This document shows positions 24,901-39,900 of a DNA stretch of 64,000 nucleotides, one piece after another; the stretch's first letter is position 1, and each line of letters starts with the position of its first letter. The stretch covers positions 5,828,001 to 5,892,000 of the forward strand of contig OZ193909.1 in assembly GCA_964276515.1 (NCBI GenBank), written 5' to 3'. A model generated the notes under the pieces. That model was given only the letters and a program-made list of their open reading frames with translations, did no database searches and was not told the origin of the DNA. The translations under genes were made by a program, and so were the position numbers. The stretch is from Gordius albopunctatus (lineage: Eukaryota).

Positions 24901-27900
24901 TCCCGAACTGGCGGTGATAAGTTCGTCGTAGTAACCAGGGTTATTGTCCATCTGTTTAATTTAAGGCACACAACATGTAAGAAAAATTAAAAGGCATATT
25001 TTACCTCTGATAATTAATATTTTTTATATGAGTTGACCCGAGAAGCATTTAAACCGAGCAAATAACCTAGACTAATCATATAATGAACAAGCAATTTGAG
25101 AAAAAAGATTGCAATTGATATATCGCGTACATATGATTATAATGAAAATAGTTTTATTTTCGTAATTCAAATCAAAGGGAGAAGGCTTAGAGTAACAACT
25201 AAAAAGAAACGTCTTTTGACAAACAAAACCAAATTTATTGATACAACTGAGCATAGGTCTAAAGCCTTAGATCAATTAATTGCCTTGAACCGTTTAATCA
25301 GGTGGACGACCTAAAATTAAATTGAAATTCAAGAAATGGAACTTTCTGGACTCTAAGGGTGAGTCTTGATACGCGACTTTAAATCTAGATTAAAAAATGG
25401 AATGCATGTTAAAACATAGCCGCGTCTTAATACGAGCGTCACGTCATTTTTGTTCTGTTTTTGTGTTTTTACTCATAAAACAAATATTTATCCTTTAATT
25501 GCGCTTATTAATGCATATTCATATGGTAACTAAACTAAAATTGTTGATTCCACGAAATGTATATCGCATATTTAGACAAACAAAAATATGACGCTTTGAA
25601 GTTGAATCGTATATTAAGACGGTCCCTAACACGATTAAGAGGATGGATTTACTTCTAGCTTAGCACCGGAGAAAAGCATCCACATTTCGCCGCGATATAT
25701 GTTGGGTATACCCTTGGTAACAAGTTCGTGCAGTTCGGTGGTCCTATACATGCAGACACCCCTACCGTACTCCGAAAAGTGGATGGCCCATAAGCGTTCT
25801 TTTAATGCTTCTTCAATCGGGTCGTCAGGGGATGAAGTCGAGTCGAGTGTCAATAATTTAACGCTGCTACCTAGGGCGTCTCCTGAAGCTTCATCTCCTT
25901 CTCGAGTACCTTACACAAATATATTGAACACGATCCCATCCCATATAAAATATTAATGCAAACGAATCAAAGAGCTGTAACCAAAAATATAAGGATTTGT
26001 AGGTGACTGCGTTTAATAATAATAACTTGTTTGCCGAATAAACGATTACTAAGGTGGCAAAAAAATAAACTAGATGTAATATTTTTCTTGAAATTGTTTT
26101 TATCTGGGTGCCATCGTATCTATTAATAATTTATCGTTCTACCAAAGACACACTGAGAAATTTACGGAGAATAACCTTACTAAATCAAGATGAAGAAACT
26201 AATCAATATAGGAATAGAGCATAACTTAGGGAGTATTTATACTTTAATAAACCCCAAAGATTTGTGAGGGTACAACTAATTTGGCTGAAACTATTTTAAT
26301 AACTTATATAGAACAGGGGCTCATCACGATAAAGTACTTTTTGGTCCACCTTAAACAACTAAGGCAGGAAAGTCTACACCTATTTAAACAAATTATGTGA
26401 GGATTTAATCGAAATTGTCGTTCTAAATAAGCATTTACTAAGTTGAACAGATAAATAATTTCATACAGAATTAAAAGGCATTAAATTCATAAAAAAAACA
26501 TTACTATCTAGATTCAAATCGGTATCCCCTCCAGTTGACGAGTGTTTAGGAATGGCGAGTGGAAAATTGGTAGGGGAAGCATCTGTTGCATCTTTTAATA
26601 ACATATTATAGCAGGAAAATGATACATATATATACTTGTTTTGTTTAATATGTTCAATTTTAAAATTGAAAATTGGTTAGTGAAAAATAAAAGCATGGGA
26701 AAAGTTATTTTGAATGTAAATTTTAATGTCAAATTACAATTGGCCAGTTACGATTATGATAAATAAACTAATTTATTATAGAAGATACTACAAAAATCTA
26801 GACCCTCTCATATTGGTAGAATAATGCATATGTGGGAGCCACGCTCATGCAAATAACAAACATTGATTAACATTTTTCAGATTTAAAAATTAAAACATTT
26901 TATAAGGCTTTTATAATGTAACGAGATCCTCGTTGTAGGTAAGCGAGACACTCGGGAAAAATCAAATCGCAAACCTTATAATATTACGTATTCATTTTTG
27001 AGCAATAACATGACACATTTCAAAAGTGTTTAAACTAAAGGGATTATAAAAAAATTTAAAGTTTGTTCAATAAATACCTTTGTCTGATCCAAGGGGAGAT
27101 ACCGGGTTGTTGGCTAGTTGTTTTCTAAAAATGGGATTCAAACATTATATTTCTTTAGTCGCACCCTTAATAAATATCATTCATTGCTATAGATTTAAAT
27201 AATAGACAGAAAAATAAAGGACCTAGCTACAAATTAGATTCAAGAGGGGGCAAAAATATAAATGATTCGGGAGAGAAAAATAAGTATTTCTAAGTTTTGA
27301 ACAAAAATGCGGTAAACCCCTTTTTGAGGAGTTTTCTCACACTAGATACGCCGATGCCCTAGTAGATCATACTAAAATTTATAAATCCGTTCGACAATTA
27401 AAAATTAAACTGGCTACAAAAATAATGGCATAGCAATTGATACTGGAATTTTGTTCAATCACATCAAATTTAAGCTTAATTTACAACCATGCTTTGTGCA
27501 AAATTGCCATAACAAACATTCAACTCAATATCCTATATCGAAGAAAACAATTATGCTAAAATCGCAACCGTTAACTCGAGAATCTCAATCACAAATTTGA
27601 TGATTTGAAAGAGTACTTTTTATCAGGCAATAAATAATATTATATCATCAGAGTGTTCACAAAACTTTGACAATCAAGACAAGCAGATCAAAGCCATTAT
27701 TGGGATTAACGAGGATCAATTTCAATGCAACCCCGCCAGTCCTATAACATAAGTATTATTAACTTTTCAAATCCCTGGCTCTGTTTCGCTCGGGGTGGTG
27801 ATGTAGAGGTATTACACTTGGGCAGTCGTTCCATAAATTCTTTTACTTTATTGACTACGTAAGTAGCGTCGGCGAAATCGTAAAGGCAAATATCGGTCAG

Positions 27901-30900
27901 GGCATTAGTTTCATTGGTGACGGGTCTCAAGAGGGCATCTAATTTCTTGATTCGAACCACCATGGCTTGAGACAAATGGGAATATGGAAGATTGGATTTT
28001 GAATTGGAATTATTGTTGGTGGCATCCAATAGGGATGAAGGAGGAGATGCCTTTTTCTCGGGGTTCGTCGGTTTACCTTTGTGTCCTACGTTGACATATA
28101 ATACGTTATCAAAGAAAATATGTGTTAAACAAACACTTTTTGCGGGAGCTTTTATGATGACAACTAGTTAGATGCAATATTGTATAAATCCGGTCTTCGT
28201 TGGCCTTACTTTATTAGCCTTATTCGCTGTTTATAATAGTCAAGATTTGGTCTCAAATTTAAACCCTTATCCTTTAACATAATAATTATCGATACACAAT
28301 TAAACTTGACAGTTTAATAAACCCGGCATTTACCTAATCAAGCGTTTTTATATGAGGAGTTTCGTATTTTAAAAATCTTCCATAATGTTATAAATTACGG
28401 AGGAGCCATTTAGAGACCCTTAGGGCTGTCGAGAATATTTACGATTAACGACAACTTTAATTCGAAAAGAAATTTAATTGGCCGAGAGCATAATAGTAAG
28501 GTGTTACAAAGCGACACTAACTTGGAACCATCGATTATGATTTAAGGTTTTTAAAATTAATATTGATCCCTACATAAATTAACTGAGTGATAATCCAACT
28601 TAAAAAAACATAAAATGATATCATTTAGGTAAAACCTTTTGACTGCATATTTAAATAAAAGGCCTCATTTAATGACAAAACGAACATTATGACGACACAA
28701 TGAGGGGCATAATGCTCAAATGTAGGCATAACTAGTGTTGCCTAAGGGAAAACTTTCATAAATTTTTCCCTTCCTTTAATCGTTTCTCCCGTGTCACTAA
28801 AAGCTCTAATTCCAACATTCCAAAAATATACCGAGCGCGGCGTTATAAAGGTATCCCACGGCGGCATAAGCCAGGGAACTCGAACCCGACGGCTTAGGCA
28901 ATGAAGTTGAAGAACTGAAACCAACTTTCTCTTTGTTTGGGTTGTTCGTCGCTTCTGCGTTAACTTTATAAATTTGCAGGATGTCTTTGAGAGGTATAAT
29001 GACTTGAACAAGTCCTTCGAGCTATGTGGAAAAATCATTTATGATAAAAATAGATAACATCAGTTTTTTGTAGTGCTGTAAGTGAACGCGTTCAAATTTT
29101 ATGAACGCGTTCATGAACGGCGTTCTTTTATTTTTTGGTGAACTTTGAACGTGAACGCGTTCCTTTTTTGATGAACGCGTTCAAATTTAACGTTCGTTCA
29201 ATTTTAAAAATCCTTTTTTGTTTTTATTTATTTGAAAATTAATGTCAATCCGAATTTTTAACAAAAAAGTATTATATTTTTTAATCAGCTGTTTTTCCTG
29301 TTTCCTATTACCAATTCCGAAATACTTTTAACATACTATAACGTGCAAAAGAAGATAAGATTAAAGTTAATTAGTTTGATATTATTAATTATAGTTTAAT
29401 TTATAGGTTAATATGGACAATCATAATATTATATCGTCGTCATCTTCGGATTCTGAATATTCAAAATCAGCAGATGAATTGAAAATATGAACAATATTTT
29501 TCACTCGTTTCATATAAAAGATCAAATTCAATAATTAAAATGAACCTATAAAGAATAAACTTTTAGTGTTATTGAAAAAAGGGATTGAAACCCCTAGAAT
29601 TGATAATGAAAGAGCTGTCAATTCCGAGATATCATTTTTTGGCGAGGAAGTAGAGGGCGCATTGGAGGATGATATCTTGTCGCAATTTTTTGAAGCGAGA
29701 GACAAAACATTCTTCTTCTTTATCGTGTTGAAAATCCCACAGACGTGGGGTACGTTTTCAGCAGCCTCTTCCATCTGAGTCGTGTGAATGCCATCCCAAT
29801 TTCCATCTGTTTGGCGTCCATATCCTTTTCGACCAGTCGTTTCCAGGTGGCACGTGGTCTGCCCCTTCCTCTTCTTCCAGGCACGTCCATCTCCAGCGTT
29901 CGGCGTGTGACATCGTCTTCGTCTCTTCGTAATACATGGCCGTACCACCGCAGTCGATTTTCTCTTAAGAAGTCCTTCGTCGCTTGTATACCCATCTTTG
30001 TCATCAAGGATTCGTTCGTCATGCGATCCAGCTTGGTGTAGCCTAAGCTCCATCGCACCATTCTCATTTCCGTGACTTGCAAGAGTTTCTCCTCCGCGCT
30101 GGTTACAGCCCATGTTTCGCTCCCGTAAAGCAAGACCGGACGCACGATGGTTTTGTACGCCTTGCTTTTCAACCAAATTGGTATCTTTTTGTCACACATG
30201 ACACCGGAGATGCTGCGCCACTTGAGCCATGCTTTCTTGATCCGAGAATGGACTTCGGCGGTACATCCTCCCTCTTGATGTAATAGCGAGCCAAGATATG
30301 TGAACTTATCAACCTCCGTGTACCTTGGACCTTCAATTTTGTGCATTTGCGGAGTACCGCCCATCGTTTGCATGTAAACCGTTTTCTTCTCGCTGACCTT
30401 TAACCCGAATTCCGAGAAACGTTCTGACCATTTTTTCGCCTGATGAAAAACCCCTTCTCTTGTTTCATCGCATAGGACAATATCGTCGGCATATAGCATA
30501 GTCCAAGGGGCTGGCTTGTGCAAGTCCTTTGTTATTGTATCCATAATTAGATTAAACAAGAATGGGCTTAACGCTGATCCTTGATGTAGTCCGATCATTA
30601 TTCGGAAGGGTTTCGTTACTCCTACGGTAGTCCTAACAGATGCAACCGCGCCATTATACATTTCCTTGATAAGTCGAACATATCCTTCGGGTATATTTCT
30701 GGCTCTAAGGGACCACCATATTAAGTCTCTCGGAACCGTATCGTAGGCCTTTTCTAAATCGATGAAGACCATGTGTAATTTCTTTCTTATGTCGCCATAT
30801 TTTTCCATCGTCTGCTTCAACGCAAAGATTGGGTCCATCGTTGATTTACCGGCCACAAATCCAAACTGATTGGGCGAGAGACAAACTTCGTCATTGAGCC

Positions 30901-33900
30901 TTTTCACTAGCACCCTTTCTAGTAGTTTTAGTGAGTGGCAGGTCAACTTGATACCTCTAAAGTTGCCACATTCCTGCGCGTCTCCTTTACCTTTGTATAT
31001 GGGTATGATCGTACTTTCCCTCCATTGGTCAGGGATACGACTCTCATACAGCATAGCGTTAAATAGGCCTGTCATTATGTCGATTCCTTCTCCTTTGCAC
31101 CCAAGCCAAGCTTCGATCGGTAGATCATCGGGACCTAGCGCTTTCCCTTTCCGCATCTTCGTTAGTTGTGCTCCTATTTCATAAGCCTGAAATGGTAAAA
31201 CCAAGTTCGAGTTCGGTTCCACCCTCTCTAGCGGTCTTCTATCATTTGTTTTGTTCATCATATTTTGGAAATAATCTTTCCATCTTTTGATGACTTCCTT
31301 CGGTTTGCACAACGTTCGTCCCTCTTCGCTTTTAATGACTTTAAGTGTCCCGACATCTTGACTTTTTTTCTCCCTGATCTTTGCGAGTTTATACATGACT
31401 ATGTCGCCGCCCTTGGTATCGAGCTTGTTTGCCATCTCGGTGTAAGCGTTGTTCTTCGCTATCGCGACCGCTATCTTAGCTTTGCGTTTCGCTTCACGAT
31501 ATGCCTCGTAGTCTTCTCCTTTCTTCGTTTTGTACCATTGTAGGTACAACGCCTTCTTTTCTTCTATAACCTCTTTGACCGAGTCATTCCACCACCATAG
31601 TTCACGCTTGTGAGCTCTGCCGCCCTTAGTTCGTCCCAATATTTGTAAGGCCGTTTCCTTTAGAACATTTGCAACGGTGCCCCACCTTTTGTTAATGTCG
31701 CCCTCCAAGCCTGCAACCTTCAAGAGCGGAGTTGCTCGAGTGTGAAACATTTCATTTGCATGATCATCCTTAAGCTTTTCGTACTTTGTCCTTGGTGTGT
31801 AGACTTTTCTCCTTACGGGAAAAATCTTTCTTGCTATATCGAGGACAACTGGCCGATGTTGTTTGGCGATTTCTTCCCCCGGTATAACCTTGCAATCTTT
31901 AACTTGCCACAAATTTTTTCGCTTCACTAATATGTAGTCGACCTGTGTAAGGTGATCCCCACTACTGTACGTCGCTAAATGTTCGGTACGCTTCTGAAAG
32001 AAGGTATTCACAATGGCCATATCGTAAGCTTGCGCCATCTGTAGTAACTTCTCTCCCTCTTTATTTTTCACTCCATAGCCATGCCCGCCGTGATTTCGTT
32101 CGTACACGCCCCTTTCTTTCCCAACGTGCCCATTAAAGTCTGCTCCGATGATGAGATTCTCGTCAGGCTTCACGTAGCGTATTTCTTCTTCGAGCTTCTC
32201 ATAGAATTCGTACTTCTCGTTTTCGGAACATCCAACCTGGGGCGAATACGCACAAATAACATTGACAAGGCCGCCTTGATCCGCCAGCTTTATGCACATC
32301 AATCTATCCGAGCATCGTTTGACTTCGACTACCTTGTCCTTAAAGGAATCGCTAAGCACTATACCGACCCCGTTCTTCCGTGATGGGGAACCCGAGTAGT
32401 ATAGCTTGTAACCATCTCCTAGCTCCCNNNNNNNNNNNNNNNNNNNNNNNNNNNNNNNNNNNNNNNNNNNNNNNNNNNNNNNNNNNNNNNNNNNNNNNNN
32501 NNNNNNNNNNNNNNNNNNNNNNNNNNNNNNNNNNNNNNNNNNNNNNNNNNNNNNNNNNNNNNNNNNNNNNNNNNNNNNNNNNNNNNNNNNNNNNNNNNNN
32601 NNNNNNNNNNNNNNNNNNNNNNNNNNNATTTAAAAAAAAATAAAAATTCTGCCCTCTCCGGGATTCTAATCCACATCAGTAGAGGCATAGGCTTTTGTAG
32701 GGGCACAGCGACTCACATCAGTAGAGACATAGGCCCTTCTATGGGAGGGCACAGGGTAATTATCAATGTTAACTTAATATACCAATTCAAAAACGAAAAA
32801 AAAATTTCGATTCACATTTTGGCCAATGGTCATTTCTTCCATTGGTCAGTAGCCAGGGCACGGTTAAAAAGTCATATTATCAATGGTCTTAACAGGAACA
32901 ATATATTAATTTAATTTAAAAAAAAATAAAAATTTTGCCCTCTCCGGGTATTGAACTAGCAATTCAGAACGTTCGCCGGGATTCGAACCCACATTAATAG
33001 ACGCATAAGCCTTTGTAGGGGCACAGGGAGAGACCCATATCAGTAGAGGCATAGGCCCTTGTAGTGGATGGCATAGGGTAATTATATCAATGTTAACCAA
33101 TTGAAAAACGAAAAAAAAAATTCGATCACAATTTGGCCAATGGTCATTTTTTCCATTGGTCAGTAGCCAGCGGAAGGTCAAAAGGTCATATTATCCATGG
33201 TATTAAAAAGAACAAAATATTAATTGAATTTAAAAAAAAAAATTTGTCCTTTCCGGGGATTGAACTCGAACCTACAAGTCAGGAAGCCGGTGTAAATACA
33301 TTGGAGGGTAACGGACGGACACCAAAAAACGAGACCATGGAAATTGGATAGCAATTTCCCAGGATTGTGATTGGAGGGGCAATAATGATTTAGGGGCAGG
33401 GACAAAATAATCATTTTTTGAAATTTTAGGCATAATTTCGATAAATTCCAACAAGGTTTTGGATTTAGAGGGTGCCTGCCCCGTTGAGTACGGCCATGGC
33501 CTTATACCTCGGCACATTTGGTGGCCACTTTGATGGTGTTGGGAGAGAGGAAAGTTTGGTTTTGTTCGAGTTGAGTTACGTCTGTCCAGCGGATGACCAA
33601 TTTAATTTCGGAGCCCAATATGTAGGAATGGAAACAGGCGTGATTCAAGCTGAGGTAAAGCCAGCCCTGTCTAGGTACGTACCCCTTCCAATAGGAACAA
33701 GCGTAATCTGGTGCAGGCAGGATAAATATATAATTTGAGATTATTATTATAGTAGTAGTTTTTTGAATTACAAATTCAGATTATCGAATATATACAAGTC
33801 GAGCTTCGTTACGAAGTATTATTAAGTTTCACAAAAAAAATTAAGGTATTCAAAAGCTTAAAGTTGTGGCGGTCTGTTTTTTTGCGAGGTCTGCTTATGT

Positions 33901-36900
33901 TAAGTCGACTAAAACCATAATTGCAAAGCTAAATCTTTTAACCGACCACTATGATCTCAAAAAAGATATCATAACTAGGGAAATGCTTAAAGAATTAACC
34001 GTGATTTCATTTAATATATAATAGGAATTGCAGCTGTTCATCCCTGTGCTCCCATGGATATGCCTGTGCAATGTCATTATTTGTCCCACTTACTAAGTAA
34101 TAAGGCTCAACTTGACCAGCTGGAGATATATTTATTCAGACCACACAGAGCCGGGCATTCATGCATTTGGTAAAGCTTTTAATAATATTTTTAAGGGTCG
34201 AAAAATCGCTCAATTTATATATAAAGCCTTAATTTATATTAAAAAAAATAGCCTTTAGTTTAACTCTTGATGCAATTTTAAATATATACCTTAAGTATCG
34301 ATATAATTATAAGGACGGAAAACTGACAAAATAATTTAAATTTGTTGAACAGACTTCCAATAATAATGATACTCCTTATTAGTTTCAAGAATTTCGAGAA
34401 TGTTACGTTTGGTCTTAGATAATTTTCAAAAATATCCAAGAAAGGAGGAGGTAATTTACCAAACAAATTCAGCCAATTTGATCTGTAGCATCATAAATTT
34501 CCCAAGGGATCGAACTAATTATAATTACCAAGGACGGCGAAGATTGTCACACAAGCAGATGTTTTGCAATAAGATATGGACCTAAAGCCCTGCACGAACG
34601 CCCAAGTTATTTAAGGATTCTGACAAAATTTTAATTCTAAAACTTTAGGTGAGGAGTGAAATGTGTTTTTAAGTTGCCAAGAAGGAATCAACAATTTTCT
34701 GCCAAAATAATCTCAATTGATAGCTTCAAGGGGATTGGTAAAAAATTAAGAAGTAAAAGAGGTTGTTCAACATTAAGTGACAAAAGCATATACAGCAAAA
34801 TAAAGGAAAACCTGCAATAAATTTTGGGGGAGAAATATGACTAAAAAAGATGCTTACAGTTGACGAGTTTTTCCGACGGCGCCATTTTAAAGAGTTGACG
34901 AAATTTATGGTTGACAATTTTAAACTGGGTAGCTGCCTCCCGCCCTCTTTCCCTCACCCCTCGGGACACATCGGCCCCAGGGGTCAGGTCAAAAGAGGAG
35001 GGCGTGGCCGTTGAGTTACTGACGTAAGCATTTTCACTCGTGACGTCATCAACGCTAGATTGATCACTGGACCCGACCATGCTCTCCAATTTGCACTTGA
35101 CTAGGGTAGTGGCATCTGCCTCCTCTTCCATACCAGCTATTGATTAGTTGAAATAAAAAAATAAAGCAATTAAAAGTTATAAAAAAATAAAAATTATAAT
35201 CGCTATTATGCATTAATAATGTTTCAATTAGCTATAAATAACATCTTATTTCAATGCCAAATTTCTGGTTAAAAAGTGGCAAACTTTTAATAAAAAATTC
35301 AGCGAGAGATTTCGGAGAGGTGAATGTTTAATTTTCCAAATTATCTTTTGTAATACACTTTTATTTGAAGCAAGAAAGGAAACATTTACACTTAAAGGCT
35401 AATAGCACTAATACAAAATTGTATTAACTGTTTATATTAGTTTTTTAAAAGACATGTTTAATATTAAAATGAAAGTAAAAAATAAAATGATATTTTAATA
35501 TGGAAAAAGAATTTATCGATAAAACATGTATTTTAGGTTAAAATGAAATTTACAAGGAAGAACTTACAAGCGTCATGAAGGATAATTGTTTTTTTTAAAT
35601 TATAAATTTATAATTGTTTATTTCAACTGAGACATGATTGATTAAGATTGGTACAATAGCACCATGGCGAAAGTATCGATCCAAATAAGAATTAGAATAT
35701 TTCAAAATTAATTAAATTTTTTGCAACTATGAAAGATAAAAAATGACAATTTCTCCAAAATGGACAAACAGCTTTCTGGAGGTTTAAAAAAGACAGGTAA
35801 TCAACAAGGCCAAGCAGATTTGTTGATGTTATTGATTTTGAAAAGAGGATTCAGAAAAAAACAATTACTTATACAACCTCTAGGCAAACCAATATATTAG
35901 CAACACGCTAGTCCGGCAAAGTATGGTCTTCTTTATAGATATGTTTAATAATGTTGCGCGTATTTTAAAAGTTTTATTCACAGTTTTAGCATGGATTCGC
36001 TGCTTTCATTGGACTCGAGACCTAACGAATCCCACACAATATTCCCGAAAAGAATGTGATTACTATAACTAAAACGAGGAAAAGTATAATAGTTAATTAA
36101 TATAAAAGTATTCAATTTAAAATTTAGTGACATTCGACCATTTTTAGATTCTTTATTATCTTCCCTCAGACCACAGGCGCCGTGGGGTAATAAAATTAGT
36201 CACATCGTGGCAAAATTTAAATGAATTTCGATCGAGCTTCAAAGGATTTTATAGTTCCGCGTGGCTATAAGCTTTGTGAATCTATTTTATATTTAATCGA
36301 CAAATGCAGTTCGTAATTTTTCTAAATTAATCAAAAGTTATATAATGCAATTCCCTTTTCCTATTGGATTAATGAAATATAGCTAAATAAGAATGAAGAA
36401 ATTAAAAATATAATTAAAAGATTTAGATAAAACAATTTTAAAAGTGTTTATATAATAACCTAAATATTATTTATCAAATTTTACATCCAACCAAACAAAA
36501 GCCATAAAATAAATAATAATTGGCTAATTAAAAAAAAAACCAAATTGACTTTTTGCAATTTTAATTATTATAAGTCAAAATTTTAGAGGGAAAGTCGTCG
36601 TCGTCTTCGTAAAATTTAGTAAATGTGCATTTATGCCCAATCTTATGGACATTTATTTTAAATCCGAGTAAGGGGGAAATTTAACCCTCCTTCCTTACCA
36701 CCCCCTCTGGGAGCAACCTTGTGCTGACTGAACATCAAACTATCGGGTGCGATCCTACCAGGGCCGCGCGAGGCTCATAAAGGAACAACCATGGGCGTAC
36801 CCAAGGGGGGGGGGGGCAAAGAGGAGCAGCTGCCCCCCCCCCTTTAAATCCAAAAATTTGTTGAAATTTATAAAAATTCTGACTAAAATTTTAAGAAATG

Positions 36901-39900
36901 ATCATTTTGCCCCTCCCCTTTAAATCCAATACTAGCTACGTCCATGCAAACAACCTGCTAGGGCAATAACAACATATTTTTCAGGCGACGACGGGTTGTT
37001 TCAAACGGTAGGAGCAGAAGCAGGCGCATAAGGACCTCTTACTTATGCTGGCCCAAAAAGTGGACCCACTCGCTCGAACAAAAAATCGATAAGGACATTA
37101 CATTACAACCCCTGAACTGAGTTAGTGGTGTCAGCTATTATTGAGAAAGGCTAATTAATATTTAAGGAGGTACGAAAACAATTACATTCTAACAAAAATA
37201 GACGAGACAATTGCTAAATTTATCAGCAGACCATATTTTTGCAATTCTAGCCTCGAAGAATCATTATCAATCAATCAATCAATCAATCCTTATTTATTAA
37301 ACGTACATTATTAATGATGGATATGTATGTATACAGTATACTATTCTAAGGGTCAATCCCTTTTTACCTATACGTATAGCAGCCCCTAATTAGGCATGTA
37401 GTATTTAGAACTCTGTTGATCAGGATTACTCAAGCCATAACTCGGTTATGTTATATACTATATAGTAGGAATAAAATAATTTATACTTTGCACGCATAGC
37501 GGGAAATTTTAAAAAGCGATTTCATGAGAATTATTATTAGTGGTAAACTGGGGAATAATAAAAATTCATATAGACCACTAACTTTAAAGGAGGTTTGGGG
37601 TCTCAGGGACCCCGATTAATCAATAATGGACTGTTAAAGAAAAACGTTAATTAAATAGCTTCAACCCATAAACTAATAATACTACAGACCGGGGAACATC
37701 TGTTTTCTGCATTGAAATTAATTGAGCTACCTAGGACCCCATTTTGAGTTGAGTTTTCGAATATGCGTAAAGAATAATGATAATATTATGGATTGACTTT
37801 CCAAACGTAAGTTTGACATTTAATTATTCAGCAAAATGAAAGGCGTCTGCCCCCTATAAATCCAATAATTTGTTAAAATTTATTAAGATTATGGTTAAAA
37901 TTTCAAAAATTATCATTTTGCCCCTCCCCTCTAAATGATATTGCCCTCTCTTATCCCAATGCTGGCTTGGCCCATTCTCAAAAATAGCGCTACCTTTACT
38001 TAATAATTCAGCTGATGTTCGCCATTTCATAATATTATTATTAGTGAATGCTTCTTACCCAATAGGGGTACTAATTCCCGTTCTAACCAGGCAAAATTTT
38101 GTTCGACGTCGCTGAAGTCTACACCGAGAGACAGTACGTAGGCCATTTCTGTGCCAGGGTAACGGTAGATCACGCGATACGGGGCCGAGGTTCCGACGTC
38201 GAATACCGCGTCAAACGTACCGAAAAGCAGAGAAGCCACGGCCGTGCCCTTATTAAGGATGGCAGCGCCCAGGCCCGAGGGGGTCAGTTTAGACGAAGTT
38301 GTCACATGATCATCAGCTGTTTTCGCAGCCTCTCCCAATAGCGTGACGTCCGAATTCTTGGGAGTCGGGTCGAGTTTTTGGGTTTGCGGTATCTCGGACC
38401 CCGCCCTACGCCTCTGCAGAGTAAAATAGAGGTTTGCCCTCTCGTTGACCCTGTCAAGTAGAACAAACACTTTAACAAACAGAGAGTAAAATATTTTTGC
38501 AAATTTCAAAAAAAAAAGATTTTTTGATAATATAATTTAATATAATTTTTAACATAAAAGTCTATAATCCATGGAGAAGTTATATGGTTTTTCGAGAATA
38601 TTTAATAAACACCTTCATTAAAGATGATAGTAATCCTGGAATATATTATAATAAGGGAGTCAATAATAAATAATGTCTCTAGATGATTCATTCAAGACGT
38701 TATTTAAATAGATTTTTAAAAGTTTAGCTTGCATAAAAAAGAAGATAAAATTTGTATTCTTTGTAACATTTAATAATAATATCATTCAATAATTTGATAC
38801 AGAGACCAGAAATTCCCGGCCGGGCAACTGCCTTAAATTATAATTCCCGGCCGGGCAACTGCCTTAAATTTTAATTTTCGGGCGGGCCCGGGCGGGCACG
38901 CTGATAAGATTCGGGCGATTCGAGCATGGCCAAAATTTTATCAAATTAATTTTCCTTGAAAAAAGAAAAACTCGCTTATAAACAATTTTGGGCCATAATA
39001 AATTTGACTAGATTTTTTTTCATCGCTTAAATCTTCATTGTACGTTTATATAATGTCCTAATTTCAATTTCTTCAAAATTAAATTTTATTTCGAATAAAT
39101 TAGTTTAACTGGTTTGTCTCAAGATCAAAAATTTTTAATTTTCAGATTATATTATAAAAGAATAAAATCACAACTATTTAAACTGCCATGGGCGTAGACA
39201 AGGGGGGGGAGCAGGAAGGGGCAGCTGCCCCCCTCTAAACTCAAAAATTTGTTAAAATGTATTAAAATTATGGCTAAATTTTCAAAATATGATCATTTTG
39301 CCCCTCCCTAAATCATTATTGCCCCTCCCTAAATCATTATTGCCCCCCTCTAATTTTAATGCTGGCTACGCCCATGTAAACTGCTATTCTAATCTAATAC
39401 TATGGAAGAAACCATTTTACTCTCTGGTAGTAAATTATTTTACTACATTTTTATCGCGTTCAGTTAAATCTCTGCCCTACTCCATTATGCAAAGGATCGT
39501 ATTATTTAAATTTATGTAGTAGCCAAAGCCATTTCATTGTTCGCAATACACTACACATGTGTGCCGTCTAGACTTAAAACAAAGGCTCATGCCATTTTCT
39601 AACAATGCGCATAATTGTAATTCATTTAATTTCTTAACAACTAAAAAAACACGGTGGAAAAATAAAGAAAACAAGTCACATTAAAGTTATTAAAAATTAT
39701 AACTATTTTAGGTTAGGTATCCTAAATTAGCAAGGTTTAAAAAAATACTCTTTGCCATCCCGGCGACGAGTGCTGCTAGTGAAAGAAGTTCTTCTATCGC
39801 AGTAGGATTAATAGAGGAAAGACGCACAAGATTATCCCCGGAAATTGTCAACGATATGAATAATAAAATATTGTCATCTTTGTTTGGATCAATATGCCAT

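Noticed and set aside
28742..29038. 98-aa ORF as a separate gene
   Set aside because: The TBC1D9 exon 29021-28832 is read in a different frame of the same strand.
29535..32383. Alternative-frame and antisense ORFs over the RTE (e.g. 213 aa at 29535-30176)
   Set aside because: Shadows of the RT ORF with no recognisable motifs.
37265..37420. (ATCA)n microsatellite as the tail of a retroposon
   Set aside because: Plausible, but no TSD, coding remnant or second copy in the window.
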